DNA from: an uncultured delta proteobacterium
GTDB lineage: Bacteria > Desulfobacterota > Syntrophobacteria > BM002
DNA length: 64,000 nucleotides
Reading direction: 5' to 3'
Assembly (NCBI GenBank): GCA_963712115.1
Contig: CAVQGX010000022.1
Location: 32,001 to 96,000, forward strand
The notes beneath the pieces are model-generated. The model worked only from the letters and a program-made list of their open reading frames with translations. It was not told the origin of the DNA and did no database searches. The translations under genes and the position numbers were made by a program. Shown here piece after piece: positions 61,189 through 64,000 of this stretch; positions within the stretch are counted from its first letter, which is position 1; every line of letters begins with the position of its first letter.

Positions 61189-61590
61189 TTACGCCGATGT
61201 CAAATTGAGCGAACCTCGTCGATCAACCCACAAACCTGTGACTGGAAAGATCAACCAGGGGAGAATATAGTAAACGGTTAAGTACCAGTATTCCCAAAGA
61301 AAGCTGATGCCGTAGCCAAGATGGATACCACAGTAAATCAAGTCATAGATGAAGAGCGGGACAGTAATGTAGAAAGACAACCACAAAGAGACCGCGAGAC
61401 CTCTGCCCTTCCTCGCATTTTTCGCAGTCAAATAAACCACGAGCCATAGAGGTGGTAGGATAGCTGCGTCGAAGAGCACCATGAATCTGTGGGAATACTG
61501 TCTGTAGTAATCGGGCAGTCCTACAAGCCAAAAAATCAACCAGGCTAGGGTGACAATAATCAAGAGACGCAAGTGCTTAGGCGCTGGCAT
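61189..61590 (-). CDS. Hypothetical membrane protein (about 4 TM)
   Basis: GGAGG RBS; four hydrophobic segments. Confidence 0.75.
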   Translation of the reverse strand: MPAPKHLRLLIIVTLAWLIFWLVGLPDYYRQYSHRFMVLFDAAILPPLWLVVYLTAKNARKGRGLAVSLWLSFYITVPLFIYDLIYCGIHLGYGISFLWEYWYLTVYYILPWLIFPVTGLWVDRRGSLNLTSA

Positions 61591-61848
61591 TATTGTTTCC
61601 TCCGCGGTTAGCGGTGGGGATCGGGTGGCCTGGTTGTCCTTGGGCCTCTGTGAAGCGAACCCGAGGTCGTTGAAGTAACCAAATTCATGCTAATCATAAT
61701 AATTGGTTATTCTTTATGTTACCATTCTAATATGGCAAAGGCTGCGAGGATAGAGTACATTTTCATTCGCATCAAAATTTGAGTAACTCAGACACTCTAA
61801 CCTGCAAGGCTGTGTGATTAGCCCCCAGCTCGGTGAGGAGATCAAAGA

Positions 61849-62265
61849 ATGAAAAGAATTATTTCAGCGGTGTTGAAAATATCCATTGCACTAACTTTGG
61901 TTGCCGCTCTTTCCTTAAATGCAGTGGCCGGTAGCGCGCCCAGGATTACCAAAGAAGAACTCAAATCGATGCTGGGTGATGCAAAACTGGTTATTGTTGA
62001 TCTTAGAAGAAGTAAGGACTGGAACTCCAGTGAATATAAAATAAAGGGTGCTGTCCGGGCCGATCCTGATCCAAGGAAGGTTGAATCCTGGGCCAGGAGC
62101 TATGGTAAAGACAAGACCTTCGTTGTTTATTGAGCCTGACCCAACGAACACACCAGTGCCCGTGCGGTACTGAAGCTGATAGATGATGGATATCCCAAGG
62201 CCTATGCCTTAAAGGGCGGTTGGTACGAGTGGTTTCGGGCTAAATACCCAGTTGAAAAGAGGTAA
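61849..62265 (+). CDS. Exported rhodanese-like selenoprotein with a U-A-U motif (Sec95, Sec97)
   Basis: Read-through of TGA 62131-62133 and TGA 62137-62139 gives ...FVVY-U-A-U-PNEHTSARAVLKLIDDGYPKAYALKGGWYEWFRAKYPVEKR*, completing a rhodanese domain. Confidence 0.9.
62154..62172 (+). promoter_or_regulatory. Candidate bacterial SECIS element
   Basis: CAGTGCC-CGTGC-GGTACTG 7-bp stem (one G-U); loop starts 21 and 27 nt after the two UGAs. Confidence 0.7.
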
Positions 62266-62479
62266 CCGTTTCATCCAACAGAGCACCATTGGGCAACATC
62301 TCCTCAGCGGACAACCGTTTCAACTAGGCACTAAGAACTAAGCACTAGGCACCACACAGGATTATTCAGTAACGAGTAGTTGAGAAGTACTCATTTTTGG
62401 ATGCTTTTGTGTTAAATTCTGGATTATGACTCCTGGCTCCTTGCTCTATGCTCCATGCCCTATGCTTTTTCAAATGCGA

Positions 62480-62557
62480 AATCCGCATTCCGAAACCGGG
62501 AACCCGCCCGAAGGGTGGGAGTCCGAAGGACAAATTATCAAAGTGCATAGTGCCTAG
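62480..62557 (+). repeat. About 80-bp dispersed repeat (copy 2)
   Basis: Near-identical to 27405-27484; a partial inverted third copy lies at about 63055-63090. Confidence 0.8.
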
Positions 62558-62943
62558 TAGACAACATCGTGTCCTGCCTCTTGCAATTTCAATACAGCCC
62601 TCTTCAGATTGTCTGCCTTAACCAGTAAGTAGTCGGTATCGAAGGTAGATAATGCAAAAACACTAATACCGACCTCAGTCAGAGAAGCGGTCAAGGAAGC
62701 CAAGATTCCAGTCAAGGAAAAGTCCAGGGGACCTACCACCATGATGCAGCGCCAGCCTTTCTCACACTTGACACCATCAGGCACAACTTCCTGAGAGCAG
62801 ACAAGCGAGAGTTCTGCTTCTGTCCGGGTAATGGAGAAAAAGTCCCCTGCCAGGGCCCAGGGAGGAATATCTGCCGCAGGTCCAAGTCGACAAATAGAAT
62901 AGTTATCCGGCAGCAATGAGAGAGTTAGGTTGGTGGGGTTCAT
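62554..62943 (-). CDS. ACT domain protein (ACT_7/CASTOR-like)
   Basis: FFSITRT..ELSLVC, GPLDFSLTGILA, ISVFALSTFDTDYLLV. Confidence 0.92.
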   Translation of the reverse strand: MNPTNLTLSLLPDNYSICRLGPAADIPPWALAGDFFSITRTEAELSLVCSQEVVPDGVKCEKGWRCIMVVGPLDFSLTGILASLTASLTEVGISVFALSTFDTDYLLVKADNLKRAVLKLQEAGHDVVY

Positions 62944-63199
62944 GGTTAATGTTTACCATTTACCTTTAAATCCACAAAACATTAATTTGATCATTAAAAT
63001 ATAGATTGGTAAGATCGAAGTGACTATAAATCCGAAATCCGCATTCCGCAATTGCCCTTCGGGCGGGTTCCCGGTTTCGAAATGCAAAATCGCTCTTTGT
63101 TCCATCTTTGAATAGGAGTTGGAAAGCATAATATCCTGTGCTAAGTTGAGTTTTGGGTCATTTGGAGATCAGCTTTCCTAGCGAAGATGAGGAGAAATT

Positions 63200-63646
63200 G
63201 TGATCACCATAGAGGAACTTAAAAGGTACGAAATTTTCGCCGAAATGGACCTTACGGAACTCAAGCTCCTTTCCGCCATGGCTGAGGAAAGGAATGCACG
63301 GGAGGGTGAGGAACTAATAAGAGCAGGATCCCCAGCCCGGACCCTATATATACTCGAAAAAGGCGGTCTGATGGTCGTCTTTCCAGATGGCCGAGCCATC
63401 ACTTTGCACAAGCCGGGGAGAGTGGTGGGCTGGTCAGCTTTGGTAAGTCCCACTCATTATACGGCATCGGTCACATGCCTTACTGATGCTACCTTGATCG
63501 CCTTTCCCGGAAGCGAGCTGTTGCGGTTAGTCCAGAGGAACGTTTCATTTGGAACAAAGATAATGAGGAAAATTTCAGAAGTGCTGAGCAAGCGACTTCC
63601 CTTTTTGCAGGAAAAGGACAAGCGGGTGCTAAAACAAAGGAGTTGA
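63200..63646 (+). CDS. Cyclic nucleotide-binding domain protein
   Basis: IFAEM, GEELIRAGSPARTLYILEKG, PGRVVGWSALV..YTASV. Confidence 0.87.
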   Translation: MITIEELKRYEIFAEMDLTELKLLSAMAEERNAREGEELIRAGSPARTLYILEKGGLMVVFPDGRAITLHKPGRVVGWSALVSPTHYTASVTCLTDATLIAFPGSELLRLVQRNVSFGTKIMRKISEVLSKRLPFLQEKDKRVLKQRS

Positions 63647-63650
63647 ACCC

Positions 63651-64000
63651 ATGGGCGGGTTTTCTGCAATAAGCGCTGGCAATGGCTGGCTAATTTCTGC
63701 ACTGGGAATTTCGGTGGTTTTTTTCGGGTTGGCCTCTTTGGCTCTTGTCATCACCTATTTCCCCCGCGCAATCAGCTGGTGGAATGATCACTCTCATACC
63801 CCCAGGTATGTTTTCCCTCTACTCAGGAGTCTTTTCGGAAAGGGCAGGAGAAAGGTGCCGGTCCTTTTAGGTAACGGGGAAATCCAAGAGCCCGGAGACA
63901 TCGATGACGCGGAAGAAGCCCTGAGGTTACTTACTTCTCATATGGGTGACCCATTTAAGCTGCCACGGCTTATCGAGATGGCAGAACAGAGAGGCCTGTC
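63651..64000 (+). CDS. OadG-like protein, truncated by the window end
   Basis: AAGGAG RBS; open frame MGGFSAISAGNGWLISALGISVVFFGLASLALVI...PFKLPRLIEMAEQRGL with one N-terminal TM. Confidence 0.6.
   Translation, partial: MGGFSAISAGNGWLISALGISVVFFGLASLALVITYFPRAISWWNDHSHTPRYVFPLLRSLFGKGRRKVPVLLGNGEIQEPGDIDDAEEALRLLTSHMGDPFKLPRLIEMAEQRGL

Overview
Chromosomal window from an anaerobic Gram-negative bacterium, most likely a Desulfobacterota (deltaproteobacterium), judged from gene content, sigma-54 promoters, selenoproteins and intergenic repeat style. From left to right it holds: a sigma-54-driven TolC/CusB/CusA metal-efflux operon with a His/Met-rich PP2C phosphatase and a YHS protein; a frameshifted porin and an FG-GAP protein; a Cys-rich PAS sigma-54 activator plus an ASKHA (RACo-type) protein, divergent from a tusA-tusA-mvhD-hdrA-hdrA-wHTH-hdrC-like-CCG-dsrE operon; holA; a V4R hybrid kinase, acyltransferase and enolase-superfamily operon behind a structured leader; a 1572-aa orphan with two degenerate HD-like repeats; rdgB; an atypical SdhA-like flavoprotein module; malQ, nadE and other housekeeping genes. 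Two genes that the ORF track truncates are really selenoproteins: a HesB-like protein (one UGA) and a signal-peptide-bearing rhodanese with two UGA codons in a U-A-U motif followed by one SECIS-like hairpin. Several frameshifts between about 5 and 27 kb look like assembly indel errors. I saw no rRNA, tRNA, CRISPR array or transposase. All family calls come from motif recognition by eye; no searches were run.
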